Shown: positions 62,683 to 64,000 of the stretch, in pieces
How the letters are laid out: the number at the start of each line of letters is the position of its first letter
Numbering within the stretch: position 1 is the first letter of the stretch
Assembly (NCBI GenBank): GCA_964234715.1
Contig: OZ174276.1
Origin: Podarcis melisellensis
Taxonomy: Eukaryota
DNA: 64,000 nucleotides
Reading direction: 5' to 3' (one strand)
The notes under the pieces: model-generated
The model's input: the letters and a program-made list of their open reading frames with translations, nothing else
What the model was told of the DNA's origin: nothing
Database searches by the model: none
Position numbers and translations under genes: made by a program

Positions 62683-63234
62683 TCTCTTTCCTTTCCCTTA
62701 TCTGCGTGCGCGGAGCAGCGGTGACTCTTTGGCTCTCTCGGCTCCATCTTGGCAACTGAGTGTGGAACTATGCAACTCTGTATTCGTGCTCAGAATCTGA
62801 ACAACCTTGAGGTGTCTGGGCAAGAAACAGTAGCTCACCTTAAGGCCCACATCGAGTCCTTGGAGGGCATTGTGCCTGAGGATCAGGTGATCCCCTTGGT
62901 GGGACCCCCCTGGAAGATGATGTGGTCATTGGGCATCAGTGACCTCACAATGCCGGAGGTTACTGCACACATGCTGGGTGGTAAGGTCCATGGCTCCCTG
63001 GCTTGTGCTGGCAAAGTGAGAGGCCAGACCCCAAAGGTTGCTAAGCAAAAGAAGAAGGAGGAGGAGGAGGAGATTGGCCGTGCCAAGAGGCGCATGCAAT
63101 ACAACTGCTTCTTTCTCAACATTGTGCCAGGCTTTGGCAAGAAGAAGGGCCCCTATGCCAACTCCTAAGCAGCACCCAGTTACCTAATAAATCTGATCTT
63201 AGCTTGGGGGAAAAGAAAAAAAGAAAAAGAAAAA
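62683..63234 (+). pseudogene. FAU: Processed retrocopy of FAU (ubiquitin-like FUBI fused to 40S ribosomal protein eS30); ORF 62770-63168
   Basis: Intronless MQLCIRAQ...MLGG|[22 protein letters not shown]...[10 protein letters not shown]...[12 protein letters not shown]. Pyrimidine-rich 5' end at 62683, AATAAA 63186-63191, A-rich tail 63211-63234, perfect 16-bp TSD AGAAACTGCTGCATCC at 62667-62682 and 63235-63250. Confidence 0.95.
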
Positions 63235-63697
63235 AGAAACTGCTGCATCCAGGCTTGAAGGAGATAGTTTCACATAGTTCAACTCCATTTCCTTCCACTA
63301 GGCCCCACAAGATAATGTCACACTTGGCTTATGTTGTAACAAAAGCTGTTTATTCAGCTAAGGATACAGCTTCTGTGCTGGTGGCTTTCACCTCAGGGCC
63401 TTTTGCATGGTTCCCTTGCCCTGGTTGCTACTCCAAGAGTCTGAGTCCTCATGGGGCCTGCACAATCTTGTGCCAGATTTCCTACATCTCCTTCTGCCTT
63501 CTGAGCTCCTCCACTCCCTTTCCAGCTGGGGATGCCTCTCCTCCTGCCACTGCAATTCCTGTCTTACTCCCAGCTGTTTTAAGCAAATCTCCATCAAGAA
63601 TGCAAGTCATCGGCCTGAGACCTTGCCCTTTCATTTTCCAACTCTTTCCCCTCCTTCATGTTGTGCCAGCATGCTTTTCCTCCTTCTTCTCTCCAGC

Positions 63698-63842
63698 AGC
63701 TGGATAGCTCAGTTGGTTAGAGCATGGTGCTGATAATGCCAAGGTTGGAGGTTCAGTCACAGCTGCATATTCCTGCACTGCAGGGAGTTGGACTAGATGA
63801 ACCTCGGGGTCCCTCCCATCTATATGATTCTATGTTCTATGA
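63698..63842 (+). mobile_element. Short SINE with tRNA-Ile-derived head and CR1-LINE 3' tail
   Basis: AGCTGGATAGCTCAGTTGGTTAGAGCATGGTGCTGATAATGCCAAGGTTGGAGGTTC resembles tRNA-Ile. 3' GGAGTTGGACTAGATGAACCTCGGGGTCCCTCCCA..GATTCTATGTTCTATGA is a CR1 terminus. Confidence 0.8.
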
Positions 63843-64000
63843 CCACCCTCTGATCAACCCTCATCTTCTTAAATCCTGGTCTCAGAGGCTTAGCATTTCC
63901 CCTATTGTTAACCAGTTATCCTCTTAGTTAGCTTCCTTGGAGTATATGGATACTCCAAGACCAACTACACTTTATCTTTACTCCTCTCTCACTTTCCTTT

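Noticed and set aside
63204-63707. 167-aa ORF after FAU
   Set aside because: Starts in the retrocopy A tail at a non-ATG codon and ends in a SINE.
63698-63765. Possible tRNA-Ile(GAT) gene
   Set aside because: T-arm and 3' acceptor stem are broken and it is fused to a CR1 tail, so it is a SINE head.
41700-64000. Search for Hox14 or Evx remnant beyond HOXC13
   Set aside because: No homeobox-like translation (WFQNRR or similar) in the ORF track; short decayed remnants cannot be excluded without TBLASTN.

Overview
Vertebrate (squamate, probably lacertid lizard) genomic DNA covering the posterior end of the HoxC cluster. Two intact two-exon homeobox genes lie on the minus strand: HOXC13 (41270-40607 + 37827-37571, 306 aa) and HOXC12 (25464-24900 + 23256-23018, 267 aa). 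HOXC11 must lie just left of the window. The HOXC12-HOXC11 interval has two colinear plus-strand blocks (about 9590-9690 and 12600-12780) that match my recollection of the human lncRNA HOTAIR, including an intact splice donor. The cluster interior is CpG-rich and carries more than 20 old 80-150 bp hairpin (MITE-like) elements of two related families, one probably inside the HOXC13 3'UTR. Beyond about 58 kb the DNA becomes CpG-poor and dense in insertions: a Sauria SINE with TSD, a tandem CORE-SINE pair, hAT MITEs, a tRNA-Ile/CR1 SINE, and a full-length FAU (FUBI-eS30) retrocopy with a 16-bp TSD whose frame stays open through compensating frameshifts. There are two assembly gaps. All homology calls come from memory and by-eye alignment; no searches were run.
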